DNA of 55,622 bases from Myxococcota bacterium (GCA_040752415.1 JBFMGU010000034.1:1-55622), one strand, 5' to 3'; positions 23,853 to 34,275 are shown, numbered from the stretch's first letter. Notes: generated by a model not told the origin, from the letters alone. Made by a program: numbers and translations.

Positions 23853-26099
23853 TCAATGGCGACGTGGTGCCACACGTTTGGTCGCGAGCCACGTGGCCAG
23901 CAGCAGGAGCAGCAGCCCCGCGCAGGACAGCCAGATTCCCGAGGTGAGACCCGGCACGTCGTACGCGAACTCGACAACGTGGTTCCCCGCAGGGACCAGC
24001 ACGCCCATGTGGATGACGTTGACCGGCACCACGCCCTGCTCCACGCCGTCGACGATGGCGGCCCACCCCTTCCGGAACGTCGCGGTGTGGATGACCAACG
24101 CGTCCCTCTCCGCGTGAACCACGGCGCGCACACTGTCATCCCGCTGTACCTGCAGCTCCGCGCTGGCCGCCCCGCCAGGTCCGTCCTTTCCCGCGCCATG
24201 CATGACGTCGTGACCCGCGGCCATCAGGCCGATGGCGGCGTCCGGGGGAGCGTCCCGCCACGTCGACGCCGAGCGGACCCGCGGAGACGGCGTGAGGCGG
24301 TACCACCACAGGGCGGGCTGGGGATCCCGCTCGTCCTTCTGCCCCACGTCGTCAACCGACAGCTGGGACGTGCTCACCACCACGCCAACGCCCCAGCGCT
24401 CCAACACGCGAAGCGCGGTGTTGTCATCGGGGAACCCGCGCGTCATGGCCACACGCATGGCGGTTGGCTCGAAGCCGCCGACGTCGAGAGCGAGCGGATA
24501 CCGCAGTCCGCCCAGGACGCCGATGGATGCCACGAGGCGATGCACGTTCTCCGCCGCGGCAGAGTAGCGCGGAATCACCGGCGTGACGGCGGATGGCGGT
24601 TGCTGCGCGGGCTGTCGTGGGGAGCAGCAGAACACGCCGGTGTCGTCGGGAATCGCGTTTGTCACCGTGAGCGCATCCGTGGGCGCCATCAGCAGCGTGG
24701 TGCTGGCGGACACGGTGCCCTCCAGCGCGGCAAGGCCCACCAGGACGGACGGCGCCACGTAGGGACGGAACCGCAGCACCGCCATCAATGCGCCCGCCCC
24801 GACGAGAAGCAGCGTCGATCCCAGCATGAGTTGGCCGGCCAGCAGCTCCTCGGACTCGACGCGGACGGGCGAGCCCTCGTCGAGGAACTGGCCCACGAAC
24901 AACGGCGCCACCGCGCCCGCCACCAGCACTCCGACGACGCCCACCGCCATGCCCGGCAGGAAACGCTTCATCAGCGACGGACGAATCCGCTGGTACGCCC
25001 GTGCACCGAGGAGCACCGCGCACAGGTACGTCGCCATCAGCAACTTCTCGGGATACCGTGCGTGCACCGCGCTCCAGAGCGCGCCGACGCCGGGAACGCG
25101 GTCTCCGTGCGAGAGCAGCAAGAGGACGAGCAGCATCCCCCACAGCGCGCGGTCGGTCCTCCGACGTAGCGTGGCGACGAGCAGGCCCAACAACACCGTT
25201 CCCCCGACGTAGAGGCTTCCCGTGTACAGACTCGCGGGGTCCATCCGGTGCGTCACGCCGCCGAGCACACCGGACGCACCCGGAATCCCGAGGCCACCCG
25301 GCGCCAGCAGCTCAATCCAGCGGAGTCCTAGCGTCGATCCCGCGGGCCAATCCGCCATGGCGCTGCGCGGAGAATCCGCGAGCACCTCGAGCGCAGGGAC
25401 AAGGAACGCACCACACAGCATCAGCCCGAGAATGCCCGCCATGCCGAGCCACGTCGTCGAGGACATGCGCGCACCGCGGGGAGCCCGCACCCAGCACAGC
25501 ACCACCGCCAACAGCGCCGCCGACGCCACGAACGGAGGGTCCGGCTTCAACAACGCGTACGCCACGGAGACCGCCGTGACGACGAGCGCCAGTCCCCGCC
25601 CACGTCTCGCCATGAGCACGCCACCCAACGCGATGAACGGCAACGACGTCGTGGGGACCTCCCGGATGCACCAGCCGCTCAGCACCGGACCGGCGCCCAC
25701 GAACGCCAATGCAGCCCAGTTGGCCACCGTGGCGCGCACGCCGAGATTCCGCGCCAGGAGGTACACGCCCACCGCCGTCGCCAGCGCGTGCAGCAGGACG
25801 CTCCAGGCGTGCGCCGCGTGGGGGCTGTGGATGAACGTGAAGAGCAGTGTTCCCGGGTCCGCTATCTCCGCCGACGGGTGCGCCCAGAGCGGCATCCCGC
25901 CCATGAGCGCCCAGCTCAGCGACGGAAAGCGCCCCTCGGCCAGCGCGCGGGCGGCCTCGGCTTTGAAGGGAAGGATGAAGCGGAGGACGTCGCGGAGGTA
26001 CAGCGACTGCTCACCGGTCAGCGCCGGCCAGAGCCACCACGCATGCAGGACCGTGATCGCCGCCAGCGCGACGAAACCGGCACGCCAACGCGCCCCCAC
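23853..26099 (-). CDS. YfhO-like polytopic membrane protein (GT-C-like)
   Basis: RD after first TM, GRFP..W..GGMP, ARYPEK, C-terminal GWAAIVDG..GVLVPAGNHVVEFAY plus terminal TM. Confidence 0.78.
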   Translation of the reverse strand: MGARWRAGFVALAAITVLHAWWLWPALTGEQSLYLRDVLRFILPFKAEAARALAEGRFPSLSWALMGGMPLWAHPSAEIADPGTLLFTFIHSPHAAHAWSVLLHALATAVGVYLLARNLGVRATVANWAALAFVGAGPVLSGWCIREVPTTSLPFIALGGVLMARRGRGLALVVTAVSVAYALLKPDPPFVASAALLAVVLCWVRAPRGARMSSTTWLGMAGILGLMLCGAFLVPALEVLADSPRSAMADWPAGSTLGLRWIELLAPGGLGIPGASGVLGGVTHRMDPASLYTGSLYVGGTVLLGLLVATLRRRTDRALWGMLLVLLLLSHGDRVPGVGALWSAVHARYPEKLLMATYLCAVLLGARAYQRIRPSLMKRFLPGMAVGVVGVLVAGAVAPLFVGQFLDEGSPVRVESEELLAGQLMLGSTLLLVGAGALMAVLRFRPYVAPSVLVGLAALEGTVSASTTLLMAPTDALTVTNAIPDDTGVFCCSPRQPAQQPPSAVTPVIPRYSAAAENVHRLVASIGVLGGLRYPLALDVGGFEPTAMRVAMTRGFPDDNTALRVLERWGVGVVVSTSQLSVDDVGQKDERDPQPALWWYRLTPSPRVRSASTWRDAPPDAAIGLMAAGHDVMHGAGKDGPGGAASAELQVQRDDSVRAVVHAERDALVIHTATFRKGWAAIVDGVEQGVVPVNVIHMGVLVPAGNHVVEFAYDVPGLTSGIWLSCAGLLLLLLATWLATKRVAPRRH

Positions 26100-26105
26100 A
26101 AGGCA

Positions 26106-27419
26106 TCAACCGCCGATGACGACGGGCTGCTTGGGCGGAGCAATGGGGTGCTTGGGGAACTTGCACTTGCCCGTCTTCACGTGCTCGACGAACTCGTCCT
26201 TGAACTTGGCGAAGTAGCTCTTCGTCGGGAAGGCCGCGGCGTCGCCCAGCGCGCAGATGGTGTTGCCCATGATGTTGGTGGCGATCTCGTCGATGATGTC
26301 CAGGTCCGCCTGGCGGCCCTCACCGTTCTCGATGCGCCACAGCATCTTCTCCAGCCAGTGCGTCCCCTCACGACACGGCGTGCACTGCCCGCAGCTCTCG
26401 TGCGCGTAGAACTTCAGGAGGCGCCACAGCGCGCGCACCATGCAGGTGTCCTCGTTCATCACGGTGGCGCACGCGGTGCCCAGCATGGTGCCGGCCTTCT
26501 TGATGCCGTCAAAGTCCATGGGCACGTCGATCTCGTCGGCGCGGAGGATGGGACAGGAGGCACCGCCGGGGATGACCGCCTTGAGCTTCTTCCCGTCGCG
26601 CACACCGCCAGCCAGCTCGATGAGGTCCTTGAGCTTGGTACCCATGGGAAGCTCATAGATGCCCGGCCGCTCGACGTGACCGCTGATGCCGTACAGCTTG
26701 GTACCGGCCGCGCCGTTCACGCCCAGCGCCTTCCACGCCTCCGGGCCGCGCTCCAGGATGTGCGGCACGTGCGCCACCGTCTCCACGTTGTTGACGATGG
26801 TGGGGCACGCGAACACGCCCACCACGGCGGGGAACGGCGGCTTGAGACGCGGCTGGCCCTTCTTCCCCTCGAGAGACTCGATGAGACCGGTCTCCTCGCC
26901 GCAGATGTACGCGCCCGCGCCACGATGCGTGTGGATGTCCAGGTCAAAGCCGCTGCCCAGGATGTTCTTCCCGAGGAGCCCCGCCGCGTACGCCTCCTGG
27001 ATGGCCGCTTCCAGGCGCGTGTACGCCAGGTCGAACTCACCGCGAAGGTAGACGTAACAGGTGTGGCTGTTGATGGCGTAGCAGGAGAGCATGCACCCCT
27101 CGATGAACATGTGGGGGTCGCGCTCCATGATGTAGCGGTCCTTGAACGTCCCGGGCTCGCCCTCGTCGGCGTTGATGACGAGATAACGGGGCTTGGGATT
27201 GTCCTTGGGGAGGAAGCTCCACTTCATGCCGGTGGAGAAACCGGCGCCGCCCATGCCGCGCAGACCTGAGGCCTTGACGGCGTCAATGATCTCCTGCGGC
27301 TTGCGACCTTCACCCTTCAGGTGCTTCTCCCACTGCTTGTACACACCCGCCGCGCGCGCGGACGCGATGGTCCAGGAATTCTCACGGTGCCAGTTCTTGG
27401 AAAGGAGTTTCTCGGCCAC
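26106..27419 (-). CDS. nuoF: NADH-quinone oxidoreductase subunit F
   Basis: SGLRGMGGAGF, NADEGEPGTFKDR, GAGAYICGEETGL, ESCGQCTPCREG; start reassigned to GTG 27419 with GGAG RBS. Confidence 0.96.
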   Translation of the reverse strand: MAEKLLSKNWHRENSWTIASARAAGVYKQWEKHLKGEGRKPQEIIDAVKASGLRGMGGAGFSTGMKWSFLPKDNPKPRYLVINADEGEPGTFKDRYIMERDPHMFIEGCMLSCYAINSHTCYVYLRGEFDLAYTRLEAAIQEAYAAGLLGKNILGSGFDLDIHTHRGAGAYICGEETGLIESLEGKKGQPRLKPPFPAVVGVFACPTIVNNVETVAHVPHILERGPEAWKALGVNGAAGTKLYGISGHVERPGIYELPMGTKLKDLIELAGGVRDGKKLKAVIPGGASCPILRADEIDVPMDFDGIKKAGTMLGTACATVMNEDTCMVRALWRLLKFYAHESCGQCTPCREGTHWLEKMLWRIENGEGRQADLDIIDEIATNIMGNTICALGDAAAFPTKSYFAKFKDEFVEHVKTGKCKFPKHPIAPPKQPVVIGG

Positions 27420-27433
27420 GACGTGCTCCGGAA

Positions 27434-27943
27434 TTACGGCAGGTTCTTGAGGATCTGGATGGCTTTCTCGGCGGTGAGATGCTCGTGGTAGGTCATGTTG
27501 ACCTGCATGCACGGCGCGCTTCCGCACGACGCCAGGCACTCCACCTCCGAGAGCGTGAACTTCCCGTCCTTGGTGGTCTCCCCCACCTTGATGCCCAGGT
27601 GCGTCTTGAGGGCTTCCACCAGCGCGTCGGCGCCGCACAGGTGGCAGCTGATGTTGCTGCAGACCTGTACGTTGTAACGGCCAATCGGCTTCTTGTGGAA
27701 CATGGTGTACCAGGTGGCCACCTCGCGAACGCGCGTCTCCGGCAGGTCCAGCGTCTTGGCCACCAGCGCCATCACCTCGGGCGAGATGAAACCGAACTGC
27801 GCCTGCGCCACGTAGAGGGTGGGGAGCAGCGCCGCGCCGCGGTCCGGGTACTTCTTGCGGTGCTTGGCAATCTCCGCCAGCGACTCCGGCGTGAACTGGA
27901 GGTTGGTGGGGGTTTTCTGCTCGTACTGGCGCAAGCTGGACAT
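27434..27943 (-). CDS. nuoE: NADH-quinone oxidoreductase subunit E
   Basis: EVATWYTMF, QVCSNISCHLCG, ECLASCGSAP (2Fe-2S ligands). Confidence 0.96.
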   Translation of the reverse strand: MSSLRQYEQKTPTNLQFTPESLAEIAKHRKKYPDRGAALLPTLYVAQAQFGFISPEVMALVAKTLDLPETRVREVATWYTMFHKKPIGRYNVQVCSNISCHLCGADALVEALKTHLGIKVGETTKDGKFTLSEVECLASCGSAPCMQVNMTYHEHLTAEKAIQILKNLP

Positions 27944-28172
27944 GGGGTGCTTCCTTGACCGGGGTGGGCTGCGTCACGAGGACAGACGCCGCCTTGGCGG
28001 GTCGTTGCAGGTAGCGGCGGTCGGCGGGGGTGTCAACCGCTCAAGGCCCCGTCGCAACGTCCCATGGGCCCCGCCCCGGGCAGAGCTCAAGGGGTTGCGG
28101 GTGCGTGTGACGTGGACAAGAAGCGGCCCAGCCCGTAGGTGAACGCCCACGGTCGCGAAGGAAGGTTGGACC

Positions 28173-28487
28173 ATGCGGAAGTTGCTGTTGACGACGTTGT
28201 TGGGCCTCACCGGCGCGCCCCTGGCCGGGTGTGAGCAGATCCAGGGCGGGACGGTGCAGGAGCAGGCCACCACGGCGGTGCTCTCCGTGGACGGCATGAC
28301 GTGCGAGAGCTGCGCGGCAAGCATCAAGGAGGCCCTGGCCAAGGTGGACGGCGTGAAGGGCACCGAGGTGGACGTGGCGGGCAAGAAGGCCACCGTGCAG
28401 TACGTGGCGGGCAAGTGCAGCGTGGAGCAGATTGTCAAGGTGGTTTCCGACCTGGGCTACACGGTGAAGGTGGACCGCAAGAGCTGA
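28173..28487 (+). CDS. Heavy-metal-associated (HMA) domain lipoprotein, MerP/CopZ-like
   Basis: Lipobox LAGC; VDGMTCESCA; LGY near the C-terminus. Confidence 0.9.
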   Translation: MRKLLLTTLLGLTGAPLAGCEQIQGGTVQEQATTAVLSVDGMTCESCAASIKEALAKVDGVKGTEVDVAGKKATVQYVAGKCSVEQIVKVVSDLGYTVKVDRKS

Positions 28488-28494
28488 GCCGCGG

Positions 28495-29895
28495 ATGAGC
28501 CAGCCCACCCACTTCCTGGAGCGCCTCTCGCGCGCGGCCACGCGTGAAGCGGAGCTGGCCACGGAGCTGAGTCGGGACAGCGTGGCGCTGCGAGGCTTCC
28601 TGGCGGAGGCGCTGGAGCGTTTCCCGGAGATTCCCCGCGCCCCGCGCTACGCGCTGCCGCTGTCTCCCGCGGCGCAACCGGCACACATGCTGGTGAGCCC
28701 CGACGGGGGCGCGGTGACCTGCCTGGCGCCCGGGATGCCCCTGCACGACGCCAGCGTGATCCCGTACGGGTTGGTGAACAGCTTTGTCGTCGAGCTGCGG
28801 GCGGCCATGCGGGCGGCGGTGGCGCTGGCGCGCGAGGAAGCGCGGGGAGATCGCAACGCGGTGATGCGGCTGGTCCGCGCCGCGCATGAGCTCACCGACG
28901 ACGACATCGCCACCCTGTCCGCGATTGTTCCCTTGACCGCGCGCCTGCTGGGGGACTGCGTCACGCACGGGGTGAAGCTGCTGCGCACGGATCTTCCCGG
29001 TCCCATCCGTCGGAATCCGGCGGGAACTGTGGGGCTCGCTCGTCGGTGGTGGCCTCGGTACATGCGCGCGGTGCACGCCATGCTGCTGGGCGCACCGGAA
29101 GCGTTCTCGGCGCAGACGGTGGTGCTGCACACCGCGGTCCCCGACGTGTACGTGAGCTCGCGCGCCATCTGGGCCGCCGCTCGACGGGGATCCGAGACGT
29201 TGGACGTGTTGGAGTCGCTGGCGGAGCGACAGGGTCTGCTGGGTGGGGAGCACGAGCTGGCGGTGGCGGTGGCCGAGCGGGAGCCGCTGCTGGCGGGGCG
29301 CGTGCGCAGGTTCATCAAGACGTTCAAGAACCGCCAGGGTGCGCTGTACCTGCAGCTGTTGCAGAAGGCCCTGGACGAGCCCGCGCGCGCGTTCAATCAC
29401 GCCGTGGTGCCCCTGCTGCCCCTCCTCCCGACGATGCTCGCTCCGGCCGAGGTGGACGCGCAGCTTGACGTGCTGGGTGCGCCCGCGTTGCTCCAACGCG
29501 CCAGGCAGCTGGATGCCTCCCCGGACAAGCCAGCGCTCGACGTGGCGCGCAAGCTGCACCCACGTGTGGCCTCGTTGTTGGAGCAGTGGATGTCGTCGGA
29601 CGGGGCGAGCGCCACGGCGTTGTGGAAGGCGTTCATGCTCAACGCGGTGGTGCGGTTGAACTCGTACCCGTTTGGCGTGGTGTTGTGTGCGCGCGCGCCA
29701 AGGGAGGCGTTCCTGCCGGGTGCCACGCCGCCCTCGAGATGGGACCTGGATACCGGTGCGGACTACATCCGGCTGGTGATGCCCGCGTGGCTCCCACCCG
29801 ACGAGAGCGCTACGCCGCGGAAGCTTCCGCCGAACTCACCCTGCTGGTGTGGCAGCGGGAAGAAGTACAAGAAGTGCCATCTGGACGCGGGTTGA
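28495..29895 (+). CDS. SEC-C motif-containing protein
   Basis: C-terminal PNSPCWCGSGKKYKKCH; remainder helical and unassigned. Confidence 0.8.
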   Translation: MSQPTHFLERLSRAATREAELATELSRDSVALRGFLAEALERFPEIPRAPRYALPLSPAAQPAHMLVSPDGGAVTCLAPGMPLHDASVIPYGLVNSFVVELRAAMRAAVALAREEARGDRNAVMRLVRAAHELTDDDIATLSAIVPLTARLLGDCVTHGVKLLRTDLPGPIRRNPAGTVGLARRWWPRYMRAVHAMLLGAPEAFSAQTVVLHTAVPDVYVSSRAIWAAARRGSETLDVLESLAERQGLLGGEHELAVAVAEREPLLAGRVRRFIKTFKNRQGALYLQLLQKALDEPARAFNHAVVPLLPLLPTMLAPAEVDAQLDVLGAPALLQRARQLDASPDKPALDVARKLHPRVASLLEQWMSSDGASATALWKAFMLNAVVRLNSYPFGVVLCARAPREAFLPGATPPSRWDLDTGADYIRLVMPAWLPPDESATPRKLPPNSPCWCGSGKKYKKCHLDAG

Positions 29896-29898
29896 ATC

Positions 29899-30621
29899 TC
29901 AGAGGCCCCACGCGCCCGACAGGTGGATGTTCGCGCCGTTCACGTACCGCGCGTCGTCGGAGAGCAGGAACAGGACCAGCTTCACGGCGTCGTCCACGGT
30001 GCCTTCGTAACCGGCGGGAATCTGCTGCTTGAGCGCGCTGAACTCGTCGGGGCTGTCAATGAATCCCGGCGCGATCACGTTCACCGTCACGCCACCCGAG
30101 GCCAGGGTCTTTGCCAACGTGCGCGCCAGGATGATGAGCCCGGACTTCGCGATCTGGTAGGGAGCGAGCATCCGGGGAGCCGCGCGCAGATCCGCGTGCG
30201 CCGACGAGAACGCGATGATGCGCCCCCACCCCCGTCCCGCCATCGTCGGGCCCACGAGCCGCGCGAGGTAGAACAGCGACGAGAGGTTGCTCTCCAGCAT
30301 CTCTCGCCAGCCTTCCGGGGTCTCGTCGAGGATGTCCACGCGGTGGTACGGACCGGCGCAGTGGATCAGCGCGTCAATGGACCCCAGCGTGGCCTCCGCC
30401 TGCTGGACCAGCGACTCCGCTTCCTCCGCGTTCCCGACGTCAGCTTTGAGCGCGAGCGCGCGTGCCCCGTGGGCCTGCGCCTCCGTGACGACGTCCGCCG
30501 CCTCCGCCGCGCTGGTCCGGTAGGCAATGGCGAGGTCCCAGTCTCGTCGTGCCAACGCCAGCGCCACACCACGGCCGATGCCGCGTGCACCGCCGGGAAT
30601 GAGCGCCACTCGACGGGTCAT
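29899..30621 (-). CDS. SDR family oxidoreductase (pteridine reductase/FabG-like)
   Basis: GGARGIG, YQIAK catalytic motif, VNVIAPG. Confidence 0.92.
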   Translation of the reverse strand: MTRRVALIPGGARGIGRGVALALARRDWDLAIAYRTSAAEAADVVTEAQAHGARALALKADVGNAEEAESLVQQAEATLGSIDALIHCAGPYHRVDILDETPEGWREMLESNLSSLFYLARLVGPTMAGRGWGRIIAFSSAHADLRAAPRMLAPYQIAKSGLIILARTLAKTLASGGVTVNVIAPGFIDSPDEFSALKQQIPAGYEGTVDDAVKLVLFLLSDDARYVNGANIHLSGAWGL

Positions 30622-30624
30622 GGC

Positions 30625-31095
30625 TCAGAGGAACAGCTCGGGGAAACGGGTGCGAAGATGGGGGAACGCCTGCAGGCCCATGGTCTTGAGGAGGAACGTG
30701 CCCAGGCGCTGCAAGGCGGAGTCGTCCATGCTGGTGAAGCGGAGGCCCATGCCCAGCCGCGTTCCCTCGTCGACAACCCGGACCACCTCGGCATCCGCGT
30801 GGATGACCCAGCCGCCCTCACGACGACCAATGGACCCACCCAGTGACAGCGTGAGATGCGCCTCCGTGCCCACGGGGTCCCACTGCGAGGTGTGCAGGAA
30901 CACGCCGCGCAGCGAGACATCCACGTTCTTCACCACGAGACGCTGCAGCGGGCTCTGGTACACGCACGCCGCGGCGGTGGGGATGCGAGGGAAGCGTCGT
31001 CTGCCGGTGCCGGCATCTTCACGGTGGGAACCGCGCCGGTCCGACGGGGGAAAATGCACGGGAAGCGGATTGGCGGCGGAGGGGTGCGTCTGCAT
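30625..31095 (-). CDS. PilZ domain protein
   Basis: RRFPR (RxxxR) and DVSLRG (DxSxxG); GMGLRF. Confidence 0.85.
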   Translation of the reverse strand: MQTHPSAANPLPVHFPPSDRRGSHREDAGTGRRRFPRIPTAAACVYQSPLQRLVVKNVDVSLRGVFLHTSQWDPVGTEAHLTLSLGGSIGRREGGWVIHADAEVVRVVDEGTRLGMGLRFTSMDDSALQRLGTFLLKTMGLQAFPHLRTRFPELFL

Positions 31096-31159
31096 GGCGC
31101 CTCCTGGAGCTGGGTTGGCGCTGAATGGCGCCGTGTGGCTCCACAGTGAGGCCGCGGGA

Positions 31160-32230
31160 TCACCGGGTCAAATTTTCCGCTGACTGGGGCTGGAGCGCGC
31201 GTTCGTGGAAGTACACACGGATGACCTCCGCGGCCGGCTTGCCGCGCGGCGTGTAATCCCCGTCGTGGGGGCCGCCGAAGCCGAACCAGTTCCAGAAGTA
31301 CACACCGCTCACCCACGGAGAACGACCGGCGGTGCTGCAGAACGCCGCGTAGCAGAGCTGCTGTTCCACCAGGTCCACCGTGCTCTTCCGCGTCTCATCC
31401 CACGGGTAGATGTTCGCGCCATCCAGCGACGGGTAGCCCACCTCCGTGATGACGAGCGGCCGCCCCACCCTCCTCGCGAAAGACTCCACCGAGGGAACCC
31501 AGCGGTTCCACGCCTCGGTGAGCTCCTTGAGGGACGGTGCGTTGGACTTGGTGAGCTCGAAGTACGCGGTCATCCCCGCCTCGTCGACGAGGTCCCAGAA
31601 CGTGACGGCGTCGAAGTGATCCCAGTTGGCGCTGTACAGGATGCGGCCGCTGAAGATGCCGCGCACCTCCTGGATGAGCGTGGCCCAGCGTGCGCGCTCG
31701 GTTTCCAATGCGAGGAACTCGCTGCCCACGCTGAGACGGGTGACGCCCTCGTCGCGCGCGGCAAGGGCCATGGTGCGGATGAAATGCGTGTACGAGCGCC
31801 ACCAACTGTCCGCGCTGGTGACGTCGGTGAATGCGATCTTGCCGCGCCACTCGTTGCGCTGGCGTTTCTCGATGCGGAGGATGGGGAACAGCATGATGCG
31901 CAGCCCGCGCTCGCGCGCCTGCCGGAGCGTGCGACGCAGCGTGGCGTCGGAGGGCGAGTACCCGTTGCGCGGCTCCATGGTCAGCGAGCGCATCTCGTCC
32001 TGGTACCAGGGCACGACGATTTCGACGTCCGTGGCGCCGGTGGCAACGATCTCGTCGAGGAGACCGGCGTAGTCCCAGTCCGGGTCGGAGGCGAAGAGCC
32101 CGAGGGCCACGCCGCGTTGAAACGCGTCCCGCGTCGTCACATGTGCGGGCCTCCACGGCGCCGCGACGACGAGCGCAACCCCGAGAAGCACCACCGCCGC
32201 AACCGCGGCACCGACCCACCACCTCGTCAT
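31160..32230 (-). CDS. Membrane-anchored TIM-barrel glycoside hydrolase, GH113-like
   Basis: WRGKI, VGSE, YSANWD, FWD.VD..G..AYF.L, ITEVGYPS, GVYFWNW, YTPRGKPA. Confidence 0.8.
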   Translation of the reverse strand: MTRWWVGAAVAAVVLLGVALVVAAPWRPAHVTTRDAFQRGVALGLFASDPDWDYAGLLDEIVATGATDVEIVVPWYQDEMRSLTMEPRNGYSPSDATLRRTLRQARERGLRIMLFPILRIEKRQRNEWRGKIAFTDVTSADSWWRSYTHFIRTMALAARDEGVTRLSVGSEFLALETERARWATLIQEVRGIFSGRILYSANWDHFDAVTFWDLVDEAGMTAYFELTKSNAPSLKELTEAWNRWVPSVESFARRVGRPLVITEVGYPSLDGANIYPWDETRKSTVDLVEQQLCYAAFCSTAGRSPWVSGVYFWNWFGFGGPHDGDYTPRGKPAAEVIRVYFHERALQPQSAENLTR

Positions 32231-32290
32231 CTCTGCGCCGTAGCCTTCAACATGACGTCGTCCTTAGCCGCCCACGCTAGCGTGCAGGGC

Positions 32291-33523
32291 TCACCCTCGC
32301 ATCTCCCGCAGCAACCAGGTCATGGCCTGCGCCGCGCTGAAACCACGGATGCGCTCGCGGTCACCCTTCAGGCGCAGCTCCTTGTGCAGCAGCCCCGACG
32401 GACCCGAGAGCCCCACGTACACCAATCCCACCGGTTTCTCCGGCGTTCCCCCGTTAGGGCCCGCCACGCCCGTGATCGACATTCCCCACGTCGATCCCAG
32501 CCGCAGGCGCACGCCCTCCGCCATCTCCATGGCCACTTCGGGGCTCACGGCGCCGTGCGCCTTCAGCATCTCCTCGTGGACCCCCAGCAGCTTCACCTTG
32601 ACGTCGTTGGCGTACGCCACCACGCCGCCGACGAACACCTTGCTGCTGCCCGGCTCGTCGGTGATCAGCTTCTGCACCAGCCCGCCCGTGCAGCTCTCCG
32701 CCAGCGCCAGCGTCTGGTTCCGCGCCAGCAGCTCGTCGCGGATGACGGCGGAGATCGTCCTTCCATCGGTGCTGTAGACCCACTGCTGCAACCGCTGCAG
32801 CGCGTCCTCCTTCGCGGCATGGAGGCGGTGCAAGGCACCGGAGGGCTTTGTGTCGCGCGCCACGAGGCGCAGGTGATTCTCCGGAAAGCTGGTGCGGAAA
32901 TGCACGCTGACGCCGGGATGTCGTTCCGCCAGGCCCTGCACCTGGAGATCCAGTTTGCTCTCCGTGATGCCCACACACCGCAGCGTCGACGTGATGAACG
33001 CGCTCTCCGACCGACGCAACAGCTCCGGCAGCACGAACTCCCGCAGGAACCAGCGCGCCTCGCGAGGAACACCGGGCACAACGTAAACGTGCGCGCCGCC
33101 AATCTGCATGTGGAATCCCGGCGCAGTGCCCACCTCACTCTGCATGACCACGCAACCGGCCGGGACCAACGCCTGCTTCCGGTTGTTCTCCGTCACCTCC
33201 ACGTTGGCGTTGCGCATCCGCGTCTCCAGCCTGCGGAGCGCCTCGTCGTCACGCACCAGGGGAACGCCGGCGGCGCGCGCCATGGCCGCCGCGGTCCGGT
33301 CGTCCTCGGTGGGGCCCAGGCCGCCGCTGAAGATCACCAGGTCCGCCCGTCCGGTGACGTCGCGCAACACCTCCACGATTTCGTCCTCCGCATCCCCCAC
33401 CGCCGTCGAGCGGACGATCTCCACGCCCGCCTCCTGCAGGATGGTGGCGAAGTCCTGCGTGTTGGTGTCGGCAATGGTCCCGGAGAGCAGCTCGTCGCCG
33501 CAACAGATGACTTCCGCGCGCAT
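32291..33523 (-). CDS. cinA: CinA family protein (competence/damage-inducible, NMN deamidase domain)
   Basis: GDELLSG..DTN, GGLGPTEDDRT, PGVPRE, AESCTGG, GAVS, SITGVAGP.GG. Confidence 0.95.
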   Translation of the reverse strand: MRAEVICCGDELLSGTIADTNTQDFATILQEAGVEIVRSTAVGDAEDEIVEVLRDVTGRADLVIFSGGLGPTEDDRTAAAMARAAGVPLVRDDEALRRLETRMRNANVEVTENNRKQALVPAGCVVMQSEVGTAPGFHMQIGGAHVYVVPGVPREARWFLREFVLPELLRRSESAFITSTLRCVGITESKLDLQVQGLAERHPGVSVHFRTSFPENHLRLVARDTKPSGALHRLHAAKEDALQRLQQWVYSTDGRTISAVIRDELLARNQTLALAESCTGGLVQKLITDEPGSSKVFVGGVVAYANDVKVKLLGVHEEMLKAHGAVSPEVAMEMAEGVRLRLGSTWGMSITGVAGPNGGTPEKPVGLVYVGLSGPSGLLHKELRLKGDRERIRGFSAAQAMTWLLREMRG

Positions 33524-33531
33524 GGGTTTCC

Positions 33532-34275
33532 TCACTTCCCGAGCAGCGGCGCAAACAACGCGTCGTCGGGGACGGTGCTCACCTTGAGGTCGTTGAACAG
33601 GATGCGGGAGATGGGATCGGCCTTCTCCTCCCAGAACATCACGCCTTCCAGCACGCGCTGCTTCTCGTACGTGACGTCCTGACGAAGCCCATTCTCCAGC
33701 TTGAACTTCCACCCCGTCGGGACATAGCGCCCGTTTAGCTTGTAATAGTACACGTCTCCCGGCGTCAGCCCCACGCCCCCCTCGAACGAGATGCGCAGCA
33801 TGCCGTCGATGACTGCACGTCGTGCGCCGGGGTCGAACACCTTGTACGGAGACACCAGCCAATAGTGGTCATTCGTCCACGCCGCGAAGGCCTCCTTCAC
33901 CTCGGCGTCGCGCTTGGCCGGGTCGGTGACCTCCGTCCCGTCGACAAACACCCTACCCGTCCGGTCCCCCAGCCGCAGGAACACCTGCACGTTGTCCTTG
34001 GTGTACCGGGAGATGTTGCGCCACGGATCCCAGTCGTGACGACGGTCCCGCACCGTGATGCCGAACGCCACGGCCTGGAAGTGGAACGAGATGAGGCGCA
34101 GCTTCCGGAACGCATCCATCCCGCCCATGGCCTGCACCATGCGTGCGGCAAGCTCATCCCCCTGGCGAGCTTCCTCGTCGGTGGCGGGACGGGCGGACAT
34201 GGAGAAGAGGGAACAGCTGCCCAGCGCCACCGCAAGCGCAGCCGTGACGACGAGAGAATGCGAGCGAATACGCAT
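33532..34275 (-). CDS. Hypothetical lipoprotein
   Basis: Lipobox LGSC; AMGG..AF, WTNDHYWL..PYK..DPG, VGLTPGD.Y. Confidence 0.75.
   Translation of the reverse strand: MRIRSHSLVVTAALAVALGSCSLFSMSARPATDEEARQGDELAARMVQAMGGMDAFRKLRLISFHFQAVAFGITVRDRRHDWDPWRNISRYTKDNVQVFLRLGDRTGRVFVDGTEVTDPAKRDAEVKEAFAAWTNDHYWLVSPYKVFDPGARRAVIDGMLRISFEGGVGLTPGDVYYYKLNGRYVPTGWKFKLENGLRQDVTYEKQRVLEGVMFWEEKADPISRILFNDLKVSTVPDDALFAPLLGK

Noticed and set aside
24499..24510. 12-nt match taccgcagtccg to the REP-like core
   Set aside because: Lies inside the YfhO-like CDS and lacks the full stem and the GAAAG flanks; likely chance
27420..27977. N-terminal extension of NuoF overlapping nuoE (likewise the CinA, MurG, FtsL and GT87 extensions in the ORF track)
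   Set aside because: Open alternative frames are common at this GC; family homology and RBS or coupled starts begin downstream
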